Source of the DNA: Bacteroidota bacterium
Lineage (GTDB): Bacteria; Bacteroidota; Rhodothermia; Rhodothermales; Bin80
Direction of reading: 5' to 3'
Assembly: GCA_028873925.1 (NCBI GenBank)
Contig: JAPPNA010000038.1
Location: 20,013 to 84,012 of the forward strand
Length of the DNA stretch: 64,000 nt
A model generated the notes under the pieces. It had not been told where the DNA came from and made no database searches. It saw only the letters and a list, made by a program, of their open reading frames with translations. Positions within the stretch are counted from its first letter, which is position 1, and the number at the start of each line of letters is the position of its first letter. Below, one piece after another: positions 42,782-52,550 of the stretch. A program made the translations under genes and the position numbers.

Positions 42782-45415
42782 CTAATCAAGCCGCTTTACC
42801 CGGATATTCCTGTACCATACCGGCTGACCGTGATCCTGGAGCCCGATATGACCCTCCCGTGCAAACGCAGTGCCCGGTGTCGGAAACTTGTTCCACGAGC
42901 CATCCGGATTCTGATGCGCCACGCGCCAGCGTGCAATGTCCATGTCAATTACACGCTCGCCATTTACCGATACCTGAATACGGCTTCCGCGGCAGATAAG
43001 CTGGTAGCTGTTCCACTCACCGGGCGGATTGATCATGTTCCTGACCGGGGCCTCCAAATCATAGATCGCCCCCGCTGTACCGGTCCGCGAGGTATAGTTC
43101 CGCCCGTGTGAATTGGCCACCTGAACTTCCAAGCCCGTATATACCGGGTCCATATTGTCACTCGTCCGGAAAAACACGCCGCTGTTGGTGCCTTCAACCA
43201 ATTTGACTTCCAATTCCAGAATAAAGTCACCGTATTGCTCTTCGGTCCACAGGTAATCCAAGTTGTGCTCCTGTCCATCCGGGCTGTCACGCTTTACCGT
43301 GAGCTCTCCATCTTCCACAACGAATTTGTTGTTTTCCCCCGTCAGCCAGCCTGAGAGATCCTCGCCGTTGAACAACATGTCCCAACCTTCCGGATTCAGC
43401 GCAGGATCTTCGCTGGTAAAGTCCTCCAGTTCACGGATCCAGATATTGCGGAACTGGATGTTGCTGCTGGTGGGATTGTAGGCATCCAGCGATGCGTCCC
43501 AGCCGCCGTGATGCTGCAGGGCGATCGGACCGCGTTCGGGCAGATTTGGTATCTCTGCATTCTCAATCACCTGCTGACCGTTCAGCATCACCCAGATGCG
43601 GTTGCCGACCAGCGTGATGTCCATCGAATTCCACTCGCCGATCGGATTGTCGGCCCGCACCTTGGGCACAGCCGCCGCGCGCTGCTCAGCAGTCGCCTCG
43701 GGGTCCGTGCGGACTCCCCACAGCTCACCGGATCCGCTGCCCCAGTTCCAGAGATTAACCTGCTGCGTGGTACCGCGCAAGAAAATGCCGGAGTCCGAAT
43801 TGGGCGTGGGTTCGGTGATAACTTCACCGTTTTCGTCGGTCTCGTAGGAACCGTCCGGCAGAATCGTCGGCATGTCATACATCCCGCTGGGACCCTTGAA
43901 ACGCCAGTCCACATGCAGTTGAAAATCCCCGTAGTCCTTTTCCGTCCACAGATTCTTCTCTTCCGCCTCCGACAGCGCGTCGTAGTCAATCATGTAATCA
44001 ACCACCTTCCAGTGGCCGCCATCATTTTCGGGGACAATCCAGCCGCTGAAGTCCTTACCGTTGAACAGCGTCTGATACGCTGGCCACTGGCGCCAGGAGG
44101 GGTACGTGTAGTAGGGCGGCAGCTCGTTGGCGTACTTGGGCTTGGGTGGTGTGCCGGTGTTGTAGAACACGTACAGTCCCGTCTTGCCCGCCAGTACAAC
44201 ATCCTGGTCGCCATCCTTGTCCATATCCTTAACATTGATCTTCATGCCGACCCCGACTACATTGTTGGGCGGTGGGCTTATGCCCCCTTCATCAGGATAA
44301 AAGGGCGCATGGTTGTAGGACAAAATGTGCCGCTCAAATTCGCCGCCCTTGAGGTCATACCAGAACACAAAGCTCGGATCGCCAACGCCCACATCACCGC
44401 CGTAGTGCGCAAACAGACGCTTGCCAGCAATCAGGTCGTCCCTGCCATCCCCGTTGAGGTCTCCCATGGCCAATGAATGGAACACGCTGTAGTCAGTCTC
44501 TATCCAGTGGTGCGTAAAGGATCGCTCGCCCGCGTCATCAACCGACTGCTCATACCAAGCCAGTCCGTAGGCATGCGCGCTGCCGAAAATCACATCATTG
44601 AGACCATCCTCATTTACGTCATGAACGATGTTCGGATGGGCCGTTGAAATTGCGTTCTCAGACAGCGCGCTGCGGAAATCCCAGTCCGCATGAAACGGCC
44701 ACGGCCCGCGCGGCTCGTCCGGCTGCTCATACCAGCCCTGACCGGTAACAATATCCAGCCGGCCATCCATGTTGATGTCACCGAGCGCGTTGCCGTGGGT
44801 CTCGCCATCGGTGCCGACTATATGCTCAATCCAGTACGGGTGCTCCGGGATATGCTCCAGCCAGGTCATGCCCTGGCCTTCCACGAGGGCCCAGTGATTG
44901 ACAAGGATGTCCTCGTCTCCATCCCCGTCAATGTCACCGTGAACGACACCCTCCATATTGAAGGCCTGATGGATTTTGTGGGACTCCCACTGCTCTCCGG
45001 GTGCGAGCGCGCGACCCGGATTCCGGTACCAGTAGGCCCCCTTCATAAACATCCAGCCGCTGCTGACAATGTCGTCCCAGCCATCGAAGTCCACATCGAG
45101 CGCAAACTCACTGTTGCTCTCGGTTTCGGGGCCATTGGTTTCGGCACCGGGCCGGAAGTTGAGATGCTTGATCCATAACGGTGCCTCATACCAGTTGCGG
45201 CCGGCGGCAATATCCAAATCGCCATCGTTGTCAAAGTCGGCTACCGACGCGGTTTCGGAAAACGGTCCGAACCAGTAGCTGTTGTTGATCGGATCGTGGG
45301 CCGGTCCGTCAATTTTGACCGGTACGAAGATGATTTCGCTGCTCTGCGCCCAAGCGGGCAGCACCAGCAGCAGGGCCAGTTTTAAGGCCGCGGTGCGGCG
45401 CATGGTATTATTCAT
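42782..45415 (-). CDS. Secreted FG-GAP/VCBS repeat protein fused to two DUF1080 domains
   Basis: 877 aa with signal peptide. Repeated DxDGDxD loops (FDNDGDLDIAAG, DIDGDGDEDILV, DLNGDGRDDLIAG, DMDKDGDQDVVLAG). Two DUF1080 units (GPIALQHHGG..., GHIGLQDHGQPVWYRNIRV). Confidence 0.78.
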   Translation of the reverse strand: MNNTMRRTAALKLALLLVLPAWAQSSEIIFVPVKIDGPAHDPINNSYWFGPFSETASVADFDNDGDLDIAAGRNWYEAPLWIKHLNFRPGAETNGPETESNSEFALDVDFDGWDDIVSSGWMFMKGAYWYRNPGRALAPGEQWESHKIHQAFNMEGVVHGDIDGDGDEDILVNHWALVEGQGMTWLEHIPEHPYWIEHIVGTDGETHGNALGDINMDGRLDIVTGQGWYEQPDEPRGPWPFHADWDFRSALSENAISTAHPNIVHDVNEDGLNDVIFGSAHAYGLAWYEQSVDDAGERSFTHHWIETDYSVFHSLAMGDLNGDGRDDLIAGKRLFAHYGGDVGVGDPSFVFWYDLKGGEFERHILSYNHAPFYPDEGGISPPPNNVVGVGMKINVKDMDKDGDQDVVLAGKTGLYVFYNTGTPPKPKYANELPPYYTYPSWRQWPAYQTLFNGKDFSGWIVPENDGGHWKVVDYMIDYDALSEAEEKNLWTEKDYGDFQLHVDWRFKGPSGMYDMPTILPDGSYETDENGEVITEPTPNSDSGIFLRGTTQQVNLWNWGSGSGELWGVRTDPEATAEQRAAAVPKVRADNPIGEWNSMDITLVGNRIWVMLNGQQVIENAEIPNLPERGPIALQHHGGWDASLDAYNPTSSNIQFRNIWIRELEDFTSEDPALNPEGWDMLFNGEDLSGWLTGENNKFVVEDGELTVKRDSPDGQEHNLDYLWTEEQYGDFILELEVKLVEGTNSGVFFRTSDNMDPVYTGLEVQVANSHGRNYTSRTGTAGAIYDLEAPVRNMINPPGEWNSYQLICRGSRIQVSVNGERVIDMDIARWRVAHQNPDGSWNKFPTPGTAFAREGHIGLQDHGQPVWYRNIRVKRLD

Positions 45416-45430
45416 GATTTCCTTCTGTTT

Positions 45431-46399
45431 TCAGCGCAACCAGGCTTTCTTTACGTTTGGATCTCCGGCCCGCGTAAGCCGCTCCATCTGATCGGCGGAC
45501 AGGGTCAGAGCAAGCGCCCCGATGTTTTCCTCCACCTGCTGCGTTCGGCTGCCGCCGATAATCGGCAGCACCGGCGGATCACTCTGACGCATCCACGCAA
45601 TGATGACCTGACTGAGCGTGTGACCTGTTTCACCGGCCACCTGACTGAGCGCTGCTATGCGTTCGTCGGCTTCGGGCCCGGCAAATTGGGCTGGCACCGG
45701 CCGATCCTCCCGCGTATAGGCACCCTGCAGCAGGATCGAGTAGGCAATCAGCGTCATGTTGTGATGAGCGCAGAAGCGCTTCATATCGTCGGTGATGCAG
45801 ATCTGCGGTCCGAAATCCGCTCCATGACGCGGCCGCAAATACGTATACCGCTGCTCAACGACACTGTACGGTGTCAGTCCATGCTGCCTGGCGATTTCAT
45901 TGGCTTCCGCAACCCGCCACAGCCACAGATTGCTGGCACCGATCGCGCGGACCTTGCCGGCACTGACCAGCCTGTGAAAGGCCTCCATGGTCTCATGCTG
46001 CGGCGTGTCAAAATCGTCGCGATGCGCATAGTAGACATCGATATAATCGGTCTGCAACCGCTTCAGGCTCTTTTCGCATTCGCGCTCAATTTCCCGCGCA
46101 TTCAGCCCGCCTTCACAGCCCGGATAGTCAAATCCCAGTTTGGTTGAGATCACCATCCGGCTGCGGTTGCCCCGAGCGGCCATCCAGCGGCCGATCGTTG
46201 CTTCACTTTCGCCGCCGACGCAGCCCGGATACCAACTCGCATAGAAGTTGCCGGTGTCAATAAACGTGCCGCCATGCGACGTAAACGCATCCAGCAGCCG
46301 GTGCGAATCGCTTTCGTTGACACTGCTGCCAATCAGGTCGGTTCCGTAGCAGAGCGCACTGACCTCCACACCGGAGGTGCCGAGTGTAATCTTATCCAT
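45431..46399 (-). CDS. Aldo/keto reductase
   Basis: 322 aa. FIDTGNFYA, DYIDVYYAHRDD, GKVRAIGASN and IPIIGGSRTQQVEEN are AKR family motifs. Confidence 0.88.
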   Translation of the reverse strand: MDKITLGTSGVEVSALCYGTDLIGSSVNESDSHRLLDAFTSHGGTFIDTGNFYASWYPGCVGGESEATIGRWMAARGNRSRMVISTKLGFDYPGCEGGLNAREIERECEKSLKRLQTDYIDVYYAHRDDFDTPQHETMEAFHRLVSAGKVRAIGASNLWLWRVAEANEIARQHGLTPYSVVEQRYTYLRPRHGADFGPQICITDDMKRFCAHHNMTLIAYSILLQGAYTREDRPVPAQFAGPEADERIAALSQVAGETGHTLSQVIIAWMRQSDPPVLPIIGGSRTQQVEENIGALALTLSADQMERLTRAGDPNVKKAWLR

Positions 46400-46405
46400 G
46401 GGCGG

Positions 46406-46852
46406 TCAGTCCATAAGCGTGACCATCCCGGCCCCGGCGATCATGAGCACGGTCCCGATAGCCTTCATCAGGCTGATGGGCTCCTGCGGCGAGCCGAGCC
46501 AGCCGAAGTGGGACATCACCATCGCGGTAATTACCTGACCGGTCAGCAGCAGAATAAACAGCCGCCCGGCCCCGACATTGGGAATCATGGCTGCAATGGC
46601 AAACACGAGCACTGCTCCCATAATCCCGGCCGTAAGCAGCAGCGGATTTATGCTGCCCAGATTGCCCAGCACCGCGGGCTCCCAGGCGGTGAAGCCAACG
46701 ATGACCGCGGTAACGGCCCCGATACACCAGAACAGCGCGTTGGCCATTTGAGGATTGCCGATGGCATTGCCGACTTTGCCGTTCATGGCCAGATGTACGG
46801 CCAGAACAACGCCCAGCAGCAGGGTGCCTGCGATAAACGGAATTTCTTTCAT
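46406..46852 (-). CDS. DMT-superfamily small membrane transporter (DUF606/YdcZ-like)
   Basis: 148 aa with ~5 predicted TM segments. LAVHLAMNGKVGNAIGNPQMANALFW resembles DUF606. Confidence 0.65.
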   Translation of the reverse strand: MKEIPFIAGTLLLGVVLAVHLAMNGKVGNAIGNPQMANALFWCIGAVTAVIVGFTAWEPAVLGNLGSINPLLLTAGIMGAVLVFAIAAMIPNVGAGRLFILLLTGQVITAMVMSHFGWLGSPQEPISLMKAIGTVLMIAGAGMVTLMD

Positions 46853-46878
46853 GGTTCTCTCTAAGGTCTAAAGGTTAA

Positions 46879-48012
46879 TCAGAGCGCAACCCAGCGCTCC
46901 TCCAAATGGCTCTGCAGTATTGCATCGCAGAGGGTAATCGAATGCGCCCCGTCTGCAAAGGTCGGGTACAGGACCTCCGACGAACCCGCCCCCGCATCAA
47001 CTGCCTCATAAAAGGCCCGGAAACATTGTTTAAAGGCATCGGGAAAGCCCTCGTTATGACCGCCCGGATAATCGGTGTAGCCGCCAGCCAAAGGCCCCAT
47101 CAGCGATCCATCCCGCGTAAGGCATTCATTGGGCTTTGAGCGGTGCCCGACAAAGAGCTCGTTCGGGCGCTCACTGGTCCAGGACAGACTGCCATCGGCA
47201 CCTGCAATCTCATAGGTGCAGTAGTTCTTGCGCCCGGCCGTCACCTGTGACACCCACAACACGGCCCGTGCTCCCCCGGCAAGCCTTAAGATCACACACC
47301 CGCAGTCGTCGGTTTCAATCGGCACATCTTCCAGTTCAAGGTGGTCCACGCTGGCGAAGGTTGCCACTTCGCCTTTGGGGCGTCTGCGGACCGGATGCAC
47401 GGTGGACAGATCGGCAAACACCGCCTCCGGGGTGAGTCCGGTAATGAACAGCACCAGATCCATCCAGTGTGTGCCGATATCTGAAACGGCGCGCAGCGCG
47501 CCCCCTTCACTGCTGAGCACCCGCCAGTTGTAGTCGGTATCGTACAGCAGCCAGTCCTGCGCATACCGCCCCACAATGCTGTATACGCGCTCCATGGATC
47601 GGGCGCGCGCACGGGCTTCCAGATTCAGCGGATAGAACCGGATGTTGTAGCACACGCCGGCGTGGCGGCCCGACGCAGCCGCCAGTTCAACCAGTTCATC
47701 GGCCTGCCGCGCGTTCATGGCCAGCGGCTTTTCGCACATAACATGTTTGCCGGCCTGCAGTGCGCGTTTGGCCAGATCATAGTGCAGTATGTTGGGTACG
47801 GCCAGATGTACGGAATCCACGCCCTCGTCTGCCAGGACCTCCTCAAACGAAGCATAACCGCGCGGCAGGCCGAGCTTCCGGGCCGCCGCCTCTGAGCTGG
47901 CCTTCCGGCGGCCCAGTATCCCGGTAACTTGCACACCCAGCCGCTGGAGGGCTTCTACATGCACCGGACCGATAAACCCGGTGCCGGCTACCGCTACACC
48001 AATTGAATGCAT
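46879..48012 (-). CDS. Gfo/Idh/MocA family oxidoreductase (cytoplasmic)
   Basis: 377 aa. [19 protein letters not shown] Rossmann motif and [16 protein letters not shown] motif. Confidence 0.88.
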   Translation of the reverse strand: MHSIGVAVAGTGFIGPVHVEALQRLGVQVTGILGRRKASSEAAARKLGLPRGYASFEEVLADEGVDSVHLAVPNILHYDLAKRALQAGKHVMCEKPLAMNARQADELVELAAASGRHAGVCYNIRFYPLNLEARARARSMERVYSIVGRYAQDWLLYDTDYNWRVLSSEGGALRAVSDIGTHWMDLVLFITGLTPEAVFADLSTVHPVRRRPKGEVATFASVDHLELEDVPIETDDCGCVILRLAGGARAVLWVSQVTAGRKNYCTYEIAGADGSLSWTSERPNELFVGHRSKPNECLTRDGSLMGPLAGGYTDYPGGHNEGFPDAFKQCFRAFYEAVDAGAGSSEVLYPTFADGAHSITLCDAILQSHLEERWVAL

Positions 48013-48022
48013 GACCCAAACT

Positions 48023-48925
48023 TTATCGCCCGAAGCCGGCTAAGCGCTCCCGATTCTCACGCAGAGCATCAAGCGGCGGATGGCTTTCCTCCTCGTACTC
48101 CACCACATAATACTCAATCCCCCCAAGCGACTCGCTCAGATCCAGGATTTCAGCCCAAGGCAAACCGTCATCGCCGATGAAAGGAGGAAACGGTGCCTCG
48201 GCACCGGCGGTGAACGGCTTCAGGTGCATGGACCTGATGCGTCCGGGATCATTATTGATGACCTGGGCCACATCCGCGCCCCCATTGGCCGCGTTGCCGG
48301 TATCCGGCTGCAGGATCAGGTCCTCCGGCGTGTTGTCAGCCAGCATGTCCCAGACTGTTTTTCCGTCCATGAGCTGGTTGAAACTGTACGCATAGCAGTG
48401 ATACCCGGTACTCATGCCGTGCGGGCGCAGGGCTTCCTGTATGCCGGTAAGATCCTCGGCCGTACGCATCAGCGCGTCCACGCTTGCGTGCCGCTCTTCA
48501 CTGATGGCGGGCACAATCAGGCGCGTATTGCCCAGCTCCCCGTGAAAGTCAATGGAAGGCTGCAGCTCGTCACCCAGAAGGGCCTCAATGCCCACATGGG
48601 CCCCGGCCACTTCAAGTCCGTGACCCTGCAGCAGCTGCCGCAGCTCATCCGCGCTGTAATCGTAATAGCCGGCGAATTCCACGCCATCATACCCGAGCGT
48701 GGCCACCTGTTCCAGCGTCCCTTCAAAATCCTCCTCCAGCAGATGCCGGAAACAGTACAGCTGCACGCCAACGGGCACACCGGAAGCAGCTGGCGGAGCG
48801 GCCGGCGATGGCTCAGCCGTTTCCTGCTCGCCGCAGCCGAGTACAAGCGCTGAACCGGCGGCCGCCATCAGAAAATCCCGCCGCGTAAAGCATCGCTGGC
48901 CAGATCGCGTCTTATTCATCAACAT
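48023..48925 (-). CDS. Sugar phosphate isomerase/epimerase (TIM barrel) with TAT/lipoprotein signal
   Basis: 300 aa. [29 protein letters not shown]-terminal VVEYE motif. Confidence 0.78.
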   Translation of the reverse strand: MLMNKTRSGQRCFTRRDFLMAAAGSALVLGCGEQETAEPSPAAPPAASGVPVGVQLYCFRHLLEEDFEGTLEQVATLGYDGVEFAGYYDYSADELRQLLQGHGLEVAGAHVGIEALLGDELQPSIDFHGELGNTRLIVPAISEERHASVDALMRTAEDLTGIQEALRPHGMSTGYHCYAYSFNQLMDGKTVWDMLADNTPEDLILQPDTGNAANGGADVAQVINNDPGRIRSMHLKPFTAGAEAPFPPFIGDDGLPWAEILDLSESLGGIEYYVVEYEEESHPPLDALRENRERLAGFGR

Positions 48926-48983
48926 TCGGCTCTCGGGTGCAAACGTAAATGATACCAGTTTGGGAGCTTAATTGCTTGCACAA

Positions 48984-50042
48984 TCATGGCGCAATCACTA
49001 CACACGCCGGGCTGGGCACATCTGCCGTGTCCGTCGGCCCCTCCAGATGCCCGGTTGCCAAATCCACCTGATACGCCACCAGCGAGTCAGAATCCTGATT
49101 AGCTGCGATGAGCGTCTCCCCGGCGGCATCCAATGCAAAATTGCGTGGGGTCAGCCCAAGCGTTGAAGTCCACTGTGGATTCGTCAGGTGCCCGGTCGCC
49201 GCATCGACCCTAAAACACACCAGACTGTGGGGACCGCGCAGCGATGCGTACAGAAACCGGCCTGACGGATGCACATGAATGTCCGCGCCGGACGGCACGC
49301 CATCAAATGAATCAGGCAGTGCGGATATCGTCTGCAGTGCACGCAGCCCGTTGGGTTCCAGGGCAAATGCGGTAATCGTTGAATCAAGCTCATTCATAAG
49401 ATACACACAGTGACCCGCGGGACTGATGGCCAGGTGCCGTGGGCCTGCACCGGGCTGCACCTGGGCCGGTGCCCCCAGATCCGTCAGCTTACCTGTCTGT
49501 GCCTCCAATCCATAGCGACGGACCTGATCGGTCCCCAGGTCCGGAACCAGCACCTGCTCGCCCGATGGGAGCGGCACAATCGCATGAGGGTGCGGTGCCT
49601 CCTGGCGGGTCCGATTGGGGCCGGAGCCCGAATGCTGTATGTGCGAGGTCATTCCAGCCAGCCGACCGCTCGCATCCAGACGGATCGCAGTGACTGAGCC
49701 GCCCATGTAGTTCGCTATCAATACATGATTGCGGTGGAGGCTGATATAGCAGGGAGCCTGTCCGGGGACCGGCCGGACATTCAGCGGCATCAGTCGTTTA
49801 CTGCCCGGATCAATGGCAAACGACTGCGCGCCCCCTTGCGCCTGGCCATCGTACTGCATCACTTCACTGACCGCGTACAGCCGGCTATGGGTCACATGGA
49901 GGAACGACGGATTGGCCAGTCCGCCGTACACGCCTATCGGTCTAAGCCGCCCGGCCTCCAGGGTATAGACGTAGATACCCTCTCCACTACCGTTTACATG
50001 GTCAAGTTTTTCGGTATAGGTACCGACAAATACCGTCTGCAT
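48984..50042 (-). CDS. Lactonase, 7-bladed beta-propeller (6-phosphogluconolactonase/YbhE-like)
   Basis: 352 aa. VFVGTYTE...GEGIYVY, PCYISLHRNHVLIANY, GAGPRHLAISPAGHCVYLMNE and IAANQDSDSLVAYQVD match the family pattern. Confidence 0.8.
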   Translation of the reverse strand: MQTVFVGTYTEKLDHVNGSGEGIYVYTLEAGRLRPIGVYGGLANPSFLHVTHSRLYAVSEVMQYDGQAQGGAQSFAIDPGSKRLMPLNVRPVPGQAPCYISLHRNHVLIANYMGGSVTAIRLDASGRLAGMTSHIQHSGSGPNRTRQEAPHPHAIVPLPSGEQVLVPDLGTDQVRRYGLEAQTGKLTDLGAPAQVQPGAGPRHLAISPAGHCVYLMNELDSTITAFALEPNGLRALQTISALPDSFDGVPSGADIHVHPSGRFLYASLRGPHSLVCFRVDAATGHLTNPQWTSTLGLTPRNFALDAAGETLIAANQDSDSLVAYQVDLATGHLEGPTDTADVPSPACVVIAP

Positions 50043-50944
50043 CAGGTGCCGACCTGGATGCCCGCCAGATTCTCAAGAGCCTTGATCAGCGCATGGTTGC
50101 CCTCATCGCCCAGCCCGCGTGCTTGCAGCGTGCGATACAACTGGAAGATCTGACCGGTTACCGGAAGCGGCACCCCCAATTCATCGGCCGCCTCCAATAC
50201 CAGGCGCAGGTCCTTCTGCTGCAGATCTATGGTAAAGCCCGGCCGAAAATTCCGCTGAATGGCCTGCGATCCCCGATGGATCAGCATCCAGCTTCCCGCC
50301 GCGCCATGCTCTACGGCCGCCAGCGTCTTTTCCAGATCCAATCCCCCCTGCTGCGCAAACACCAGGGCCTCACTGACCGCCTGCATCGTACCGACCACCA
50401 GAATCTGATTGACCAGCTTTACCAATTGCCCGGCCCCGGCGGGCCCGACATGCGTAATGCGGCTGCCGATAGCCTCCAGCACCGGCAGCGCCCGATCGTA
50501 ATCGCCGGCCGCTCCACCGACCATGATGCTCAATGTGCCGTTGGCGGCCCCCTCGCTGCCCCCGCTTATGGGGGCATCCAGCATCGCAAGCTGCCGCCTG
50601 CGCAGTCGGCGGGCAAATTCAACAGTCGCCTGCGGGCTGATGGTGCTGGTGTCTATGATCAGTGTGTCAGGGCATGCACCTTCCGCAATTCCCTGCGCGC
50701 CAAAGAGTACTTCCTCCACATCGGGGGTATCGCTCACGCACACAACCACAATGGTAACTTTCCCGGCCAGATCGGCACAGGTGGAAGCCCCCTTGGCTCC
50801 GGCCTCCAATAGCGGCAGCATGCGAGCGTGGGTTCGATTCCAGACATGCACCATAAATCCGGCCCTGAGCAGATTGCGGGCCATCCCGCCGCCCATAATG
50901 CCGAGCCCGACAAATCCGACTGTTTCCGTCATCAACCCGTACAA
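50042..50944 (-). CDS. NAD(P)-dependent beta-hydroxyacid dehydrogenase (3-hydroxyisobutyrate / tartronate semialdehyde reductase family)
   Basis: 300 aa. VGFVGLGIMGGGMARNLLRAGF. DAPISGG. GAGQLVKLVNQ. Confidence 0.85.
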   Translation of the reverse strand: MYGLMTETVGFVGLGIMGGGMARNLLRAGFMVHVWNRTHARMLPLLEAGAKGASTCADLAGKVTIVVVCVSDTPDVEEVLFGAQGIAEGACPDTLIIDTSTISPQATVEFARRLRRRQLAMLDAPISGGSEGAANGTLSIMVGGAAGDYDRALPVLEAIGSRITHVGPAGAGQLVKLVNQILVVGTMQAVSEALVFAQQGGLDLEKTLAAVEHGAAGSWMLIHRGSQAIQRNFRPGFTIDLQQKDLRLVLEAADELGVPLPVTGQIFQLYRTLQARGLGDEGNHALIKALENLAGIQVGT

Positions 50945-50953
50945 TTGCTTGCG

Positions 50954-52228
50954 CTATCGGAAGAGGTCATCAGGCGCATCACGTCTGAGTTTGAACAGCT
51001 GCTCGCCCGCCTTGGGAACCAACAAAATACCTTCGTGCTCTCTGCCTTGCCAGGCATCGATCTTAATGGCTGCATAGTCGCGCCAGTTAAGCCCCATCCG
51101 CTCACATGTGTCGCGCGACACCTGGCTCGCCAGTGTGAGGGTTATTCTGGGGGTCTCAATGCCCCCTGTGACCGTGCTGGCACCGCGTACATGCGAGGCG
51201 TGGGCGAGCACGGCCCATGGATAATTCCGGTACTTCTCCCACTGCTGCCGGAAGTAGGCAGCTCCGTGATATCCGATCTGATCCAGTGTTTTGCCGTGCA
51301 CATAGGACAGTTCCGTGATATGCGGTGCATACAGGATCAGCTCCGATCCGTCGGCCATGACAGGCTCCAGTTTGTACATGCCCTTGGCCCCGGTCCACAG
51401 ATCATCATACATGGACGGGATGATCGCCAAGGCACGCGTGTAGGGCCGGTCCACCCAGGTAATATGCAGTCCCGCCGACTGCCTGGCTGCCCTGGCCCAA
51501 GCATCTTCGGGCGGCCCCACATGCAGCCCGGCCAGACCGCCTTCATGTACTACCATTGCGACACAGAGCCTGCGGCGGGGAATGGCACGGACCGCGCGGT
51601 CTATAATGGCGCGAACGGGCGTATTGAAGGTTCCGATGATCGCGTAACTGGTCAGCAGGGCCCCCAACCAGTGCGTGATGTTGATGATCTGCGCCCCGCT
51701 GATGCCGGGAAAGAAGTACTTATTGCCGCCGGAAAACCCCGCAACCTCATGCGGATAAACCGGTCCGCAAACCAGGAGCACATCGTACTGCAGGATGGCC
51801 CGATTGATGGTTATCGGCAGGGACAGCTGCACAAGGCCGCCGCTTAATTCCTGCAGCTCGTCTGCGTCAAGGGTGTCCAGGGTAACCAGCGCATCGGGGT
51901 CGTCCCAGTGATGGTTGAACAGACCGACATGTCGGTATCGCGCAGCACGCTCCGCAGCTGATACACCGACCAGGCGCAGCAGCGCCTCACCGGACAATTT
52001 GGGATGGGTGCCGAGTGCCACGATAAAATCGATCCTCCGGGCATGCCCGGCGAGAATCCGCGTCAGCAGGCGGAAAAACACTGGTACGGGCGCTGTACGC
52101 GTCGTATCAGGAATAATCACGAGGACCCGCTTATCCCGGAGATCACCGCTGCACAGGCTCCTGCGCAACAGGTCTTCTATTGCCTCTTCTGAAATCGGTG
52201 TGTTTTCATCTTCCAGACTGTGCACCAT
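50954..52228 (-). CDS. LarA-like (lactate racemase N-terminal domain / DUF2088) protein
   Basis: 424 aa, the same size class as LarA. VLVIIPDTTRTAP, ALGTHP and GPVYPHEVAGFSGGNKYFFPG resemble the nickel-pincer-dependent racemase/epimerase family. Confidence 0.7.
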   Translation of the reverse strand: MVHSLEDENTPISEEAIEDLLRRSLCSGDLRDKRVLVIIPDTTRTAPVPVFFRLLTRILAGHARRIDFIVALGTHPKLSGEALLRLVGVSAAERAARYRHVGLFNHHWDDPDALVTLDTLDADELQELSGGLVQLSLPITINRAILQYDVLLVCGPVYPHEVAGFSGGNKYFFPGISGAQIINITHWLGALLTSYAIIGTFNTPVRAIIDRAVRAIPRRRLCVAMVVHEGGLAGLHVGPPEDAWARAARQSAGLHITWVDRPYTRALAIIPSMYDDLWTGAKGMYKLEPVMADGSELILYAPHITELSYVHGKTLDQIGYHGAAYFRQQWEKYRNYPWAVLAHASHVRGASTVTGGIETPRITLTLASQVSRDTCERMGLNWRDYAAIKIDAWQGREHEGILLVPKAGEQLFKLRRDAPDDLFR

Positions 52229-52550
52229 GGTGCCAACGGGCCTGATTATTGGGACCTATATTGGGTTGAGCGATAACCGTGCGCTGCCGCCGCTCTGCTT
52301 TTCCCTGCCTCTGATGGCAACCGTAGCACCATCTTGTCCGCCACGTCACGCAGGGTCCGCCAGCCGAGACTTTGATGCGCTGCGACCGGTACCCCTCCGG
52401 CGGCCCATACAGTCCTGGCGGTTCCTGTCGGACTGGCCTTATCACCTTGTTTCGCGGCACCATTGTCCACTGACTTGCTCCCGGAAACTCCTTTTGGCCG
52501 ATCACCAATTCCGCCTGGTGCATCAGACCGATACGGCATGGTCCGCCAAG

